From Longimicrobiales bacterium (GTDB taxonomy: Bacteria > Gemmatimonadota > Gemmatimonadetes > Longimicrobiales > Gaopeijiaceae), in NCBI GenBank assembly GCA_965202985.1, contig CBDBCF010000002.1, positions 448,001 through 512,000 on the forward strand: DNA of 64,000 bases. The letters run 5' to 3'. The position numbers and the translations under genes were made by a program. The notes beneath the pieces were generated by a model. It saw only the letters and a program-made list of their open reading frames with translations, did no database searches and was not told the DNA's origin. Positions 52,184 to 64,000 of this stretch are shown here, piece by piece. Positions within the stretch are counted from its first letter, which is position 1, and every line of letters starts with the position of its first letter.

Positions 52184-54240
<2,057 letters not shown>

Positions 54241-54292
54241 GTTGGGTGCGATCCGGTGTTGAAGGTAATCTGCATGATCTGCATTGCGAGTC

Positions 54293-54859
54293 TCATCGGT
54301 TGAAGCGGCTCATCGCCGCGTCCACGCCTTCTTCGGCCCATGCCGACACGGCGCGGCTCAGTTCCGGCAGCAGCGCGGTCAGGGCGTCTTCGTCCTCTTC
54401 CGGCATCGGCGACAAGACCCAGTCCGCCAAGTCCGTTCCGCTGGCCGCCTGGCCCACGCCGATCCGAAGGCGGGCGTACGCCTGGGTGCCCAGCACCTGC
54501 GACACGGACTTGAGGCCGTTGTGCCCCCCTGCCCCGCCGCCCGGGCGAAGGCGCACGCGGCCCACGTCCAGGTTGGCGTCGTCGGTCACCACCAGCAGGT
54601 CCCGCTCCACCTCGAATCCGTCGGTCTGCCGGAGCGAGGCCAGAGCCAGGCCGCTGCGGTTCATGTAGGTGCGGGGCTTGAGCAGGCGCACCGACGCGCG
54701 CCCGGCCTGTCCGGCCGTCTCCCACGCCTTCCTGCCGCGTTCGAAGGGGCCGAAGTCGTGGTCGAAGGCGAATCGATCCAAAACCCACCAGCCCACGTTG
54801 TGGCGGGTGTTCTCGTATTCGGGGCCCGGGTTGCCCAGACCGGCCACGACCTTGGTCAG
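54293..54859 (-). CDS. pth: Peptidyl-tRNA hydrolase
   Basis: GLGNPG, TRHNVG, TYMNRSG and GGHNGLKS motifs; start GTG 54847 or CTG 54859. Confidence 0.95.
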   Translation of the reverse strand: MTKVVAGLGNPGPEYENTRHNVGWWVLDRFAFDHDFGPFERGRKAWETAGQAGRASVRLLKPRTYMNRSGLALASLRQTDGFEVERDLLVVTDDANLDVGRVRLRPGGGAGGHNGLKSVSQVLGTQAYARLRIGVGQAASGTDLADWVLSPMPEEDEDALTALLPELSRAVSAWAEEGVDAAMSRFNR

Positions 54860-55473
54860 TCTTCGTCAGGAGGAGCTTCCGCCCCTTCTTCGTCTTCTTC
54901 GACTTCTTCCTCGGCGACCCTGGGCGCGGCCACGCCGCAGATCGTGCGGCCCGGGTCCGCCAGGTTCTCCACGTCGTCGGGCATCGCGATCTCGCCGGCG
55001 CGGATCACGTCGCCCACGGTCAGCTCCGTCACGTCCACCTCGATCACCTCGGGGATCTTCGAGGGCATGCACTTGACCGGCAGGTCGTGGACGACCTGGT
55101 CCAGCAAGCCGCCCTCGTTGCGCACGCCCGCGGGGACGCCGGTCAAGCGGATCGGCACCTGCACCTCGAGCGCCACGCCCCGCTGGACGCGCATGAAGTC
55201 GACGTGAAGCAGGTCCGGGCGGCAGGGCGCCGTCTGAATCTCCCGAACCAGCGCGCGCTCGGGTTCGCCGCCGTCCACGGACAGGTTCAAGATCGTGTTC
55301 TCGACCGAGATCGAGTGAAAGAGGTGCAGGGCCGCCTGCGCCTCCATGTGCACGAGGACCGGAAGTTGGCCGCCGCCGTAGACCACGCCCGGCACGCGGC
55401 CTTGCCGGCGCAGCTTGCGGGCCACGCCTTTGCCGGCGTCGCGGCGCGATTCGAGGTTCAGCGTCGTTTGCAT
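54856..55473 (-). CDS. rplY: 50S ribosomal protein bL25/Ctc
   Basis: GKGVARKLR, VPGVVYG and HVDF motifs; prs-rplY-pth order. Confidence 0.95.
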   Translation of the reverse strand: MQTTLNLESRRDAGKGVARKLRRQGRVPGVVYGGGQLPVLVHMEAQAALHLFHSISVENTILNLSVDGGEPERALVREIQTAPCRPDLLHVDFMRVQRGVALEVQVPIRLTGVPAGVRNEGGLLDQVVHDLPVKCMPSKIPEVIEVDVTELTVGDVIRAGEIAMPDDVENLADPGRTICGVAAPRVAEEEVEEDEEGAEAPPDED

Positions 55474-55512
55474 GACTTGGAGTTCGGCATCGGATTCGCG
55501 CTGGAGTTCCGT

Positions 55513-56502
55513 TTAGGCCAGGGCCACCATGGCGGGGGCGTTTCGGTCCTGGAACTCGAACAGCTCGCTCACCGACTCGTTGGAGTGAATGGAACGGATG
55601 GCGCTGGCCAGGAGAGGGGCCATGGACAGCACGTTCAGGCGGGAGAAGTGCTTCTCCGGCGGGACGGCGATCGTGTCGGTGACGACCACTTCGCGAAGGG
55701 GTGCTCCCGAGAGCTTGGCCACGGCGTCGCCCGACAGGAGGGCGTGCGTGGCCGCGACGTAGACGGACCGGGCGTTTCGCTCCATGAGGGCGTGCACGGC
55801 CTGCACGATCGTGCCGCCGGTGTCGATCATGTCGTCCGTGATGAGACAGGTCTTGCCCTCGACGTCGCCCACCACGTTGACGATCTCGGAGACGTTGGCG
55901 GCGGGCCGTCGCTTGTCGATGATGGCGAACGTCCCGCCCAGGCGCCGGGCGAACCCCCGAGCCATCTTGGCCGAGCCCACGTCGGGCGCCACCACCACGG
56001 GGTCCGGCAGGTTCTTGGCCAGGAAGTAGCCGGTAAAGACGGGCGCCGCGTAGAGGTGGTCGACGGGGATGTCGAAGAAGGCCTGGATCTGGTGCTGGTG
56101 AAAGTCGATGCTCAGCACGCGGTCCGCGCCCGCCGCCACGATGAGGTTGGCCGCCAGCTTGGCGCCGATGGCCACGCGCGACTGGTCCTTGCGGTCCTGC
56201 CGGCAGTAGCCGAAGTAGGGCACGACGGCCGTGACGCGCGCCGCGGAAGCGCGCTGGGCGGCGTCGATCAGGAGCAGCAGCTCCATGATGTTGTCGGCGT
56301 TGGCCACCGTGGGCTGAACGATGAACACGTCCCTGCCCCGCGCGTTGTCGTCGATCCGCACGAAGATTTCGCCGTCGGCGAAGTTGTGGATCTTGGCCGC
56401 TTCCGCGGACGTGCCCAGTCGGGCCGCGATGTCGCGGGCCAGGGGTCGGTTGGCGCGCCCCGACATGAGCAGCAGGGGACCGCGCTTGTAGGTGTCGTCC
56501 AT
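55513..56502 (-). CDS. prs: Ribose-phosphate pyrophosphokinase
   Basis: FADGE, PYFGYCRQDRK and DDMIDTGGT motifs. Confidence 0.97.
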   Translation of the reverse strand: MDDTYKRGPLLLMSGRANRPLARDIAARLGTSAEAAKIHNFADGEIFVRIDDNARGRDVFIVQPTVANADNIMELLLLIDAAQRASAARVTAVVPYFGYCRQDRKDQSRVAIGAKLAANLIVAAGADRVLSIDFHQHQIQAFFDIPVDHLYAAPVFTGYFLAKNLPDPVVVAPDVGSAKMARGFARRLGGTFAIIDKRRPAANVSEIVNVVGDVEGKTCLITDDMIDTGGTIVQAVHALMERNARSVYVAATHALLSGDAVAKLSGAPLREVVVTDTIAVPPEKHFSRLNVLSMAPLLASAIRSIHSNESVSELFEFQDRNAPAMVALA

Positions 56503-56555
56503 GGCTGTTCGGCCGGGAGGTAGGGGGCCGGGACCGGGGTCGTGGCTAGCTGTGA

Positions 56556-56584
56556 AATATGAAGCGCGCGGCGAGTCCGTTCAA
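56556..56584 (-). promoter_or_regulatory. Sigma70-type promoter of the prs operon
   Basis: TTGAAC-N17-CATATT in an AT-richer patch ~55 nt upstream of prs. Confidence 0.5.
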
Positions 56585-56620
56585 GCCGGGGCGACGACTT
56601 GGTGCGACACGGGGCGACGC

Positions 56621-58552
56621 TCAAGGGCACCGAGCTGTGCTTCCGCTTGGGGGACGCGGGCGATCGGGAACGACGAAGTCGCGCCGACGCTGCAAGGGCG
56701 ATCGGCCCGGGGCGGCTGCCCGGACCACCACCTCGTAGCGCCCCGGCGCCAAGTTCGGCAGGCGCATTCGGAACGCGCGGAAGAAGGGACGAGGCTGGTC
56801 CGGGCCCGCTTCGCTCCACTGGACGGCCACCTTCTCCGGGGGTCCCGCCAGCCCGAGGCGCCGAGCCAAACGGCGGAGCGCTCCCGGGTCCCCGTCTTCG
56901 ACCCATGCCTGGAACTCCACCGACTCGGCTCGGTAGCCCACGCCGTAGAGTTCGAACGCCACGCCCAGAGTCTCATCTCGCCCTACCTCCGTGGACGCCC
57001 GAAGCGACGGCAGCAGTTGGTCGAAGTCGGTGGGCAAGGCTTCCGGCTCCAGAAGGACCAGGTCGGACAGGGCGAACAGGTCCGGCGGAAGGGGACGCAA
57101 GGCCATCCCCGCTCGCAAGCGGTAGGCCCGGCGACCCTTGGGCCACCACGCCTCCAGACTGGCTACGCCCCAGCCGACGGCGCGCGTCCTGCCGCGAAAG
57201 CGAACGGCGGTGCCGGCGACGGCGGAGGCGCGAACGTCGAGGGCCAGGTCGGCGGACGGGATGGCGGACGGCGCGGTGCCGGCGACAGCCGCGGGCGGGG
57301 CTTGGCCGGGCGCGACGGCGTCGGATGTGGTTGAGTCGGGCGTCGCGACGAGGAACAGCCCGGCTTGGACGGTCGGGGCGTCCGGCGGCATGCGCGCGGC
57401 GGCGACCAGGACGACTTGGCCGCCGCGCCAGAAGCGCCCGATCTGGCCGTCCAGACCGCCCAGCGAATCCAGGTACGGGGGCAGGTAGCCGGTGCGGGCG
57501 TGACCTTCGGGCACGGTCCACGGCACGTGCTCGTCGTCGTCGGGGCGGTCGGGCTTGCCCGCAGGACCGAGCACATCCGGGTGCGGGAACGTCCTCGTCG
57601 CAGCCGGCGCGTCTCGGCCGGTCACCGGGTGCTGTCGCTGACCGGCGCGAGGCCAGTGCCTTGCCCAACCCACCGGCCATCCGTAGCGCACGAGGACCTC
57701 CGCCATGTCGTCGCCCCAGGGCATGCCGTGCGGGTTGCGGGCGCGTTCCGACGCCATGGCGTGGGTCCACCGGCTGAAGTGCGCGGATCGGCGGTCGTTG
57801 CCCGGAGCCAGGAAGAGCGGGTCCGCCAACAGCCAAGCGACCGCCAGCGCACGGGCCGAGTCCCGTTGCGCCTCCAGCCAGTCCGCGAGTTCGCGGCCCA
57901 GAACCGGTTCCGGGTCGGTCCAGGTCTGCCGAAGTGCGGTGGGCATGTCGTCCAGCGCCCGGGCAAAGGCGCGTTCGGCCTCCACGGTCATCCCCCGCCG
58001 GTGCAGCACGAACCCCAGGTAGGCGTCGCACCGCCACGGTTCTGGAAGCCCGCACGACCGCGCCAGAAGCTCGGCCTCGTTCATGCGGTCGTGCGCCGCC
58101 GAGCTCGTCAGGACCGACGGCGGTTCGCGCTCCGTCCCTGCGCGGAGCCCCGCCTCTACACCGTATCGGATGCGTTGGCCGAAGATCCAGTGGTCGCCGG
58201 GGACTGCGCGGGCCAGTGAAGTCAGCGTGTCCAGCAGCTCGCGTCGGACGCGGGAGGTCTCGGCGTGTTCGGGCTTCGGCGTCCAGTTGTCGGCCCCGTC
58301 GTCCCAGATGCAGAGACGGCCGATGATCTCGTCGCACCTGGGCGCGCCGCCGCCGATCGCCAGCGAAAGTCGGCGGACGCGAAGGCGCTCGAAGCGGGCT
58401 TGGAGGTCGCGAGCTCGGTCGTGGACGGAGGCGGAGTCGGGACCGGCGGGCGGGCGTTGGATCGCGGGGGATGCTTGGCCGGCGCAAGGCTGCTGGCCGG
58501 CCGGCCCAAGGGCGGCCAACGCAAGGACGACGGGCACGACGCGCCGGAACAT
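56621..58552 (-). CDS. Secreted hypothetical protein (TPR-like segment, RYGWP motif)
   Basis: Signal peptide; Cys pairs; long ORF in a coding-like frame; function not recognised. Confidence 0.65.
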   Translation of the reverse strand: MFRRVVPVVLALAALGPAGQQPCAGQASPAIQRPPAGPDSASVHDRARDLQARFERLRVRRLSLAIGGGAPRCDEIIGRLCIWDDGADNWTPKPEHAETSRVRRELLDTLTSLARAVPGDHWIFGQRIRYGVEAGLRAGTEREPPSVLTSSAAHDRMNEAELLARSCGLPEPWRCDAYLGFVLHRRGMTVEAERAFARALDDMPTALRQTWTDPEPVLGRELADWLEAQRDSARALAVAWLLADPLFLAPGNDRRSAHFSRWTHAMASERARNPHGMPWGDDMAEVLVRYGWPVGWARHWPRAGQRQHPVTGRDAPAATRTFPHPDVLGPAGKPDRPDDDEHVPWTVPEGHARTGYLPPYLDSLGGLDGQIGRFWRGGQVVLVAAARMPPDAPTVQAGLFLVATPDSTTSDAVAPGQAPPAAVAGTAPSAIPSADLALDVRASAVAGTAVRFRGRTRAVGWGVASLEAWWPKGRRAYRLRAGMALRPLPPDLFALSDLVLLEPEALPTDFDQLLPSLRASTEVGRDETLGVAFELYGVGYRAESVEFQAWVEDGDPGALRRLARRLGLAGPPEKVAVQWSEAGPDQPRPFFRAFRMRLPNLAPGRYEVVVRAAAPGRSPLQRRRDFVVPDRPRPPSGSTARCP

Positions 58553-58618
58553 CGTTGTTCGACAATCCGTAGGCGGACGGGTTAGGATAGAGTACGGTCA
58601 ACTCCAGGATTGCCGCCG

Positions 58619-59041
58619 ATGAGTCGCTCCCGCAAGAAAAAAGTGGTCGTCGCTACCCAGGGCGTCGCGCTTCGCGACTTCCTGGTCTTCCAGGTCAAGC
58701 TCGCGCTGGACGGCGTGAAGGACTTCGTGGCCATCAACCTGTCGGTGGTGGCCATCGTCGTGGACCTGATCGCCGGAAGGGGGCGGCGTCCCAGACGGTT
58801 CTACGCCATCGTCCGCATGAGCCGCCGCTTCGACCGATGGCTCAACCTGCACGGCATGAAAGCGGTCTCCGAGGCGGAGTCGTCGGAGATGGACACGCCG
58901 TTCGAGACCGATGCCGACGCGCTGATCGACCAGTTCGAGGAACTGGTGAAGGAGTCGGGAGCCCAGGTCCTGGGAGCGGCGGGGCGTGGTCGCGGAGAGC
59001 TTGTCGGGCCTGCTGGCGGAGCGAATTCGCCGCCCTCCTGA
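58619..59041 (+). CDS. Hypothetical protein
   Basis: RDFLVFQVKLALDGVKD...FDRWLNL; strong GC3 bias. Confidence 0.7.
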   Translation: MSRSRKKKVVVATQGVALRDFLVFQVKLALDGVKDFVAINLSVVAIVVDLIAGRGRRPRRFYAIVRMSRRFDRWLNLHGMKAVSEAESSEMDTPFETDADALIDQFEELVKESGAQVLGAAGRGRGELVGPAGGANSPPS

Positions 59042-59057
59042 CCCACGCCGCTTCGCG

Positions 59058-60017
59058 TCAAGACTGGTGTCGGGCCGGCGCTCCCGAAGGCCGGGGCCAG
59101 CGGTCCAGCGTGGAGGCGACCTGCACGTCGATCTCCGGGCCGTCCAGGGCCGCCAGGGTGCACGCTGCAACCTCGGCTCGCCGTTCGCCGGCACCGTCGC
59201 GGGGGAACACGCCGAAGATCGCGGAACCGCTTCCAGTGAGCCCGGCCAGGACGGCGCCGGACTGCAGGAGCGCTGCCCGTACCCTTGCCAAGCCCGGCAC
59301 TCGTCGGACGGCGCCGGCCTCGAAGTCGTTGTGCGCCAGGGCCGCCAGCTGACTCCAGGTGCTCGGCGCTGGCCCAGGCAGTACCGTGGCGGCAGGGGGC
59401 AACGACAGGGTTGCCGACAATTCCCGATAGGCCTCGGAAGTGCGCAATCGTTGTCGGGGAAACGCGAAGACGACCGAGGCGGGCGGCGGTGGCGGGCACG
59501 GCAGTATCCGGTCTCCCCTGCCCCAGGCCAGCGCGGCCGGTGATCCCGCACAGAAGAACGGCACGTCGGCCCCGATACTGCCGCCCAGCTCGAGGATCTC
59601 TGTAGGGGCGAGAGGCATGCCGTGAGCCGCATTCAGAGCCACCAGGGTGCCGGCGGCGTCCGACGAACCGCCCCCTAGGCCGCTTCCCGATGGTATCGCC
59701 TTGTCCAGCCGAATCGTTGCGGCCGGGCTCCGGCAGCCGATCGCAGCGAAGAACGAGCGGGCGGCGCGAACGACCGTGTTGTCTTCTGCCGGCCCCAAGT
59801 CGTCAAGGCTTGCGTCCTCCGCGCCGGTGCGCGCGTCCAGGACGACCCCGCGGCCGCCCGGTTCCACGGTCACGCGATCGAATATTCCCACGGCAAGGAA
59901 GAAGGTCTCGATCTGGTGATAGCCCGAGTCCTCGCGAGCCAAGATGCGCAGGAAAACATTCAGCTTGGCGGGGCACGCCACCGACACCGGGCGTGCCGGG
60001 AGGGCGTCGGCGCTCAC
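59058..60017 (-). CDS. ispE: 4-diphosphocytidyl-2-C-methyl-D-erythritol kinase
   Basis: PAKLN, GLGGGSSDAA, GADVPFF and TGSGS motifs. Confidence 0.95.
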   Translation of the reverse strand: MSADALPARPVSVACPAKLNVFLRILAREDSGYHQIETFFLAVGIFDRVTVEPGGRGVVLDARTGAEDASLDDLGPAEDNTVVRAARSFFAAIGCRSPAATIRLDKAIPSGSGLGGGSSDAAGTLVALNAAHGMPLAPTEILELGGSIGADVPFFCAGSPAALAWGRGDRILPCPPPPPASVVFAFPRQRLRTSEAYRELSATLSLPPAATVLPGPAPSTWSQLAALAHNDFEAGAVRRVPGLARVRAALLQSGAVLAGLTGSGSAIFGVFPRDGAGERRAEVAACTLAALDGPEIDVQVASTLDRWPRPSGAPARHQS

Positions 60018-61126
60018 CTACGAGGGGGGGTGCGCATGGACAAGCCCAGGCGGCGAGCGTACCACAGGCCCAACCATATGATCGGAACGCTGGTGGTCAG
60101 CTGCCACGCCAGGGCGTAGGCCAGCACGGGCTCCTCCGCGACGCCGTAGACCGAGACCAGCGCCACCTTGGCGCCGCCCTGCCACAGCCCCCCGTACCCG
60201 GGCGCCGGAGCCGGGACTGCCACCGCGAAGGCCGTGGTCGCGTTGATGAACAGCCCAGCCGCAAACGGCAGGCGGATGTCGAAGGCGAAGAGACCGATCC
60301 AGAGCGACAGGGACTGAATGGTCCACAGTGCGAAGCTCCATGTCCATGCCGGCAGGAGCAGTCTCCAGTCGCGCAGCGAGGCAAACCCCGTCGTGAACGC
60401 GGCGACGGCGGCCGAAGCCCGGCTGGCCCATCGAGAGGGAAGCGTTCGAACGGCCATAGACTCGAAAGCGGTTGCGGTGCGCTCCGGGAACGCCGCGAAC
60501 AAGATCGAACCGGCCAGCACCGCCGCCAGCACGCCGACGATCGCCCGGATGCCGGCAGCCAGCGGGGACGGCAACATGTCCGCGGGAAAGCTGGGACTTG
60601 CCACCGCCACGAAGAGCAGCGCCACGATTGCCACGCCGTCCATGAACCTTTCCACCACGAGCGTGGCGAAGGCGGCGGTGGTCGGGACGGGCTCCATGCG
60701 TCCGTAAGCGTATGCGCGCAGGAACTCGCCGACCCGGCCCGACGGGAACAGGACGTTGGCTGCCAAGCCCGTGCAAACGGCGGCAAAGCGGGAGCGGAAC
60801 GGCCCGCCCCGCCGACGGCTTCCAGCGGGGTTGGAGCCGCCATGGTCTTGGCTAGGGGCGGGGTGAACGGGCGACAGGAAGTACCGCCATCGCACCGCCC
60901 GCGCGACCGTGACGACCATGGAGACGGCTACCGCCAGTCCCAGGACCACGAAGTCTGCGTCCCGGATGCGGGTCCATATCTCGGTCAGGTCCGTGTCCCG
61001 GAACAGCCACCAAACCAGGACGGCCATCAACCCCAGCGCCAGCGCCAGCTTCAGAAGTCGGAATGCCGCCGCGCGAAGCCCGGCAGGTCGAGAAAGCAGC
61101 GTCAGAACCCCACGGGCGGCACCCAT
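60014..61126 (-). CDS. Lysylphosphatidylglycerol synthase TM / flippase-like (UPF0104) membrane protein
   Basis: RAVRW, NVLFPSGRVGEFLR, VERFMD and APGYGG motifs. Confidence 0.85.
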   Translation of the reverse strand: MGAARGVLTLLSRPAGLRAAAFRLLKLALALGLMAVLVWWLFRDTDLTEIWTRIRDADFVVLGLAVAVSMVVTVARAVRWRYFLSPVHPAPSQDHGGSNPAGSRRRGGPFRSRFAAVCTGLAANVLFPSGRVGEFLRAYAYGRMEPVPTTAAFATLVVERFMDGVAIVALLFVAVASPSFPADMLPSPLAAGIRAIVGVLAAVLAGSILFAAFPERTATAFESMAVRTLPSRWASRASAAVAAFTTGFASLRDWRLLLPAWTWSFALWTIQSLSLWIGLFAFDIRLPFAAGLFINATTAFAVAVPAPAPGYGGLWQGGAKVALVSVYGVAEEPVLAYALAWQLTTSVPIIWLGLWYARRLGLSMRTPPRR

Positions 61127-61872
61127 TCGCCCGGCGAACGCACTCGCTCGCCCGCCCAGTCCACGATCTCCTTCATCTCGCGCACCGCGCGCTCCATCCC
61201 GACGAAGACCGCTCGCGCGACCACGCTGTGGCCGATGTTGAGCTCTTCTACGTGGGGCAGCGCCGCCACCGGCACCACGTTCTCGTAGGTCAGGCCGTGG
61301 CCGGCGTGGACGGCCAGTCCCGCGGCCTGGGCGTGGACGGCCGCGTCGGCTAAGCGGGCAAGCTCCGCCGCCTTCTGGTGGTCGCCGACGGCGTTGGCGT
61401 ACTCGCCCGTGTGGAGTTCCACGGCGGGCACGTCCAGCGCAGCGCAGCGGTCCAGGGTTTCGCGGTCCGGGTCCACGAAGAGCGACGTGCGCGCACCGGC
61501 CGCCTCCAGCCGGTCGGCGGCTTCGGCGACGCTCTGCCGGACCGACTGCGACCCCAAGTCCAAGCCGCCCTCCGTCGTGACCTCTTCCCGCTTCTCGGGG
61601 ACCAGCGTGGCCTGCATGGGCGCGAGCTCCACGGCGAAGTCCACGACGGGACCCGACGCCGCCAGCTCGAAGTTGACGCCCGTGCGCGCGATCTCGATCA
61701 AGAGGCGCAGGTCTCGATCCTGGACGTGGCGGCGATCCTCGCGCAGGTGGGCCGTGATGCCGTCCGCACCTCCCAGCTCGGCCAAGACGGCTGCGCGCAC
61801 GGGGTCGGGTTCGTCGGTGCGCCTGGCCTGCCGCACCGTGGCCACGTGGTCGATGTTGATGTAGAGCCTCAT
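61102..61872 (-). CDS. pdxJ: Pyridoxine 5'-phosphate synthase
   Basis: NIDHVATVR, HLREDRRH, TTEGG and NIGHS motifs. Confidence 0.96.
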   Translation of the reverse strand: MRLYINIDHVATVRQARRTDEPDPVRAAVLAELGGADGITAHLREDRRHVQDRDLRLLIEIARTGVNFELAASGPVVDFAVELAPMQATLVPEKREEVTTEGGLDLGSQSVRQSVAEAADRLEAAGARTSLFVDPDRETLDRCAALDVPAVELHTGEYANAVGDHQKAAELARLADAAVHAQAAGLAVHAGHGLTYENVVPVAALPHVEELNIGHSVVARAVFVGMERAVREMKEIVDWAGERVRSPGEWVPPVGF

Positions 61873-63158
61873 GGTCCCTCCGTCGTCACCCGCACCTCCG
61901 TCGTCACCCGTACGCCGTCGCGAGACGCAAGCCGGCCGGCCAAGGCGCGGGGCGCCCGGGCCACCACGGTCACGGTGGCGCCGCTGTCGGTCCTGGAAAG
62001 AACTTCGCCGCATCGGTGAAGGGCGGCCAGGGTTTGGCCGTCTTGCACGGGAAACTCGACCCGGACGACGGGCATGTCGGACCGCATCCGGTCCGCCAGC
62101 ATCCGACGCAGCGGCGCCAGCGTGGCGGGCGCGCGCACCGACGTCAGCACTGCCGGATCGGTGCCGGGGGCGGCGGCCAGCCTCTCGAGCGCAAGCAGCT
62201 GGGCATCGTCCAGAAGGTCGGTCTTGTTGAAGACCCGGATGCGGGGCCGGCGTTCCAGGCCCATCTCCGCCAAGACCGACCGGACCACGTGTCGCTGGTT
62301 CTCCGCGCCGGGGTGTGACGCGTCCACCACGTGGAGGAGCACGTCGGCTTCGCGGACCTCGTCCAAGGTGGAGCGAAACGACGCCACCAGGTGGTGGGGC
62401 AGCTTGCGGATGAAGCCGACCGTGTCGGTAACCAGGGCCTCGCGTCCGTCGCCCAGATCCACCAGGCGGGTCGAGGAATCGAGCGTGGCGAAGAGCCGGT
62501 CCTCCACGAACTGCTTCGATCCCGACAGCGCCTGGAGCAGCGACGACTTGCCGGCGTTGGTGTACCCGACGAGCGCCGCCCGAAAGCGGCGTTCCCTGGC
62601 CTTGCGCTGGGTCGCCCGCGACCGAGCCACCGCTTGCAGCTTGCGACGGAGTTCGGCGATGCGAACGCCCACGAGCCGCCGGTCCGTCTCCAGCTGGGTT
62701 TCGCCCGGCCCCCGAAACCCGATCCCGCCCCGAATCCGCGACAGATGGCTCCACATGCGCCGCAGGCGAGGCAGCAGGTATTGGAGCTGAGCGAGTTCGA
62801 CCTGCACGCGAGCCTCGTACGTTCTGGCGCGGGTGGCGAAGATCGCCAGGATCAGCTCCGTCCGATCCATGACCCGCACCCCCAGGAGCGTCTCCAGGTT
62901 CTTGCCCTGGGCCGGGGTAAGGTCGTCGTCGAAGATCACCAGGTCGGCGTCTTCCGCTTTAGCGCGGTCCGCAAGCTCGCGGGCCTTGCCTTGGCCCAAG
63001 TAGTAGCGGGGGGTGGGCCGCTGGACGCGCTGGACCAACGTGCCCGTCACGACGCCGCCTGCGGTCTCCGCCAAGCGGCCCAGTTCGGACAGGTGTTCGT
63101 CCGCCTCCGCCGAACGCAGCTGGGGCGCAGGGGTTCCCACCAGCAGAACGCGCTCCAC
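61869..63158 (-). CDS. hflX: GTPase HflX
   Basis: GPGETQLETDRR, GYTNAGKS, FATLD and DTVGFI motifs. Confidence 0.96.
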   Translation of the reverse strand: MERVLLVGTPAPQLRSAEADEHLSELGRLAETAGGVVTGTLVQRVQRPTPRYYLGQGKARELADRAKAEDADLVIFDDDLTPAQGKNLETLLGVRVMDRTELILAIFATRARTYEARVQVELAQLQYLLPRLRRMWSHLSRIRGGIGFRGPGETQLETDRRLVGVRIAELRRKLQAVARSRATQRKARERRFRAALVGYTNAGKSSLLQALSGSKQFVEDRLFATLDSSTRLVDLGDGREALVTDTVGFIRKLPHHLVASFRSTLDEVREADVLLHVVDASHPGAENQRHVVRSVLAEMGLERRPRIRVFNKTDLLDDAQLLALERLAAAPGTDPAVLTSVRAPATLAPLRRMLADRMRSDMPVVRVEFPVQDGQTLAALHRCGEVLSRTDSGATVTVVARAPRALAGRLASRDGVRVTTEVRVTTEGP

Positions 63159-63167
63159 GGTGGCCCG

Positions 63168-64000
63168 CTACGCCCCTCTCTTGGGTTGGGCGCCGACCGG
63201 GTCGCTGCTGCCCCCGCCGCCGTCGCTGCCCTGCTCCGGCGAGCCGCCCTGCCGGAGGGTGCGCCAGCGGGCCAAGCGCTCGGCCGCCGCGGCCTCCCAT
63301 CCCGCTTCGCCCGGACGGTAGAAGACTTCCCCCGCCGCCTCTGCGGGAAGGTAGGACTGGCGCGCCACGCCCCCAGGCTGGTCCGGGTCGTACAGGTATC
63401 CTTCCGCCGCGCTCCGAATGTGGGCGGGCACGGGAGCCGCCGGGGTCGTTCGGGCTGCCTTCACGGCGGCGGACCATCCCTTGTACAGCCGGTTCGACTT
63501 GGGGCTGGCCGCCAAGTAGACCGCCGCTTCGGCCAAGCCCAGCTCCCCCTCGGGAGACCCCAGGAAGCGGTAGGCGTCCCGGCCTGCCAGCGCCACGGCC
63601 AGCGCGCCCGGAGCGGCCAAGCCAACGTCCTCGGCGGCCATGCGCACCAGTCGTCGCGCCACGTACATCGGATCTTCCCCGGCCTCCAGCATGCGGGCCA
63701 ACCAGTACAGGGCCCCGTCGGGGTCGCCGCCGCGGATCGCCTTGTGGAGCGCTGAGATGTGGTCGTAGTGCTGGTCGCCCGCCTTGTCGTAGGCGGCGAA
63801 CCGGTGCTGCACGGCGCTCTCGACGACGGTCGGCGTCAGGGTACGTCGTCCGTCCAGGAGCTGCACGGCGCGCTCCAAGATGCCCAAAGCCCGCCGGGCG
63901 TCCCCGTCGGCCGCTTCGGCGATCCGGCGCACCACGTCTTCGGAGGCCTCCACGCCCAGCGCGCCCAGGCCGCGCTCCTCGTCGGACAACGCCGTGTTCA
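63168..64000 (-). CDS. rarA: Replication-associated recombination protein A (5' end outside the window)
   Basis: GDARRAL, YDKAGDQHYD, SALHK, EDVGLA and PKSN motifs. Confidence 0.92.
   Translation of the reverse strand, partial: NTALSDEERGLGALGVEASEDVVRRIAEAADGDARRALGILERAVQLLDGRRTLTPTVVESAVQHRFAAYDKAGDQHYDHISALHKAIRGGDPDGALYWLARMLEAGEDPMYVARRLVRMAAEDVGLAAPGALAVALAGRDAYRFLGSPEGELGLAEAAVYLAASPKSNRLYKGWSAAVKAARTTPAAPVPAHIRSAAEGYLYDPDQPGGVARQSYLPAEAAGEVFYRPGEAGWEAAAAERLARWRTLRQGGSPEQGSDGGGGSSDPVGAQPKRGA

Noticed and set aside
56503..56620. tRNA-Gln, often found between ispE and prs
   Set aside because: No cloverleaf or TTC-loop arm could be built; only a promoter-like patch is present.

Overview
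This is a very GC-rich bacterial chromosomal segment made mostly of housekeeping operons, most of them on the minus strand. They cover the Kdo genes with pyrG, nadE, xerD-dedA-ispF-fab-plsX-rpmF-ndk-sucCD, iscS-mnmA, dnaJ-grpE-pgsA-recR-dnaX-SRP RNA, aroF-smc-rsfS-rplI, hppA-pth-rplY-prs and ispE-pdxJ-hflX-rarA. Gene order and the hypothetical families suggest Gemmatimonadota, possibly marine or host-associated (inference, not verified). The main oddities are: (1) ribosomal proteins bS6 and bS18 are one continuous ORF joined by a ~100-aa acidic linker, under a leader resembling the S6:S18 autoregulatory RNA; (2) three coupled, patchwork-recombined paralogous membrane proteins (GT-C-like, with a C-terminal two-Cys domain) sit near the Kdo genes; (3) a ~3-kb island carries lipoproteins that share one N-terminal export module on unrelated passenger domains, with a duplicated structured leader, a decayed gene remnant and a HEXXH protein; (4) the SRP RNA has a CCGCA pentaloop in place of the GNRA tetraloop; (5) a TonB receptor/lipoprotein pair follows a sigma54-type promoter; (6) there are several probable CTG/ACG starts. 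I found no CRISPR array, tRNA, rRNA, transposase or reverse transcriptase. Starts were refined by eye from codon overlaps, and all family calls come from motif recognition without database searches.
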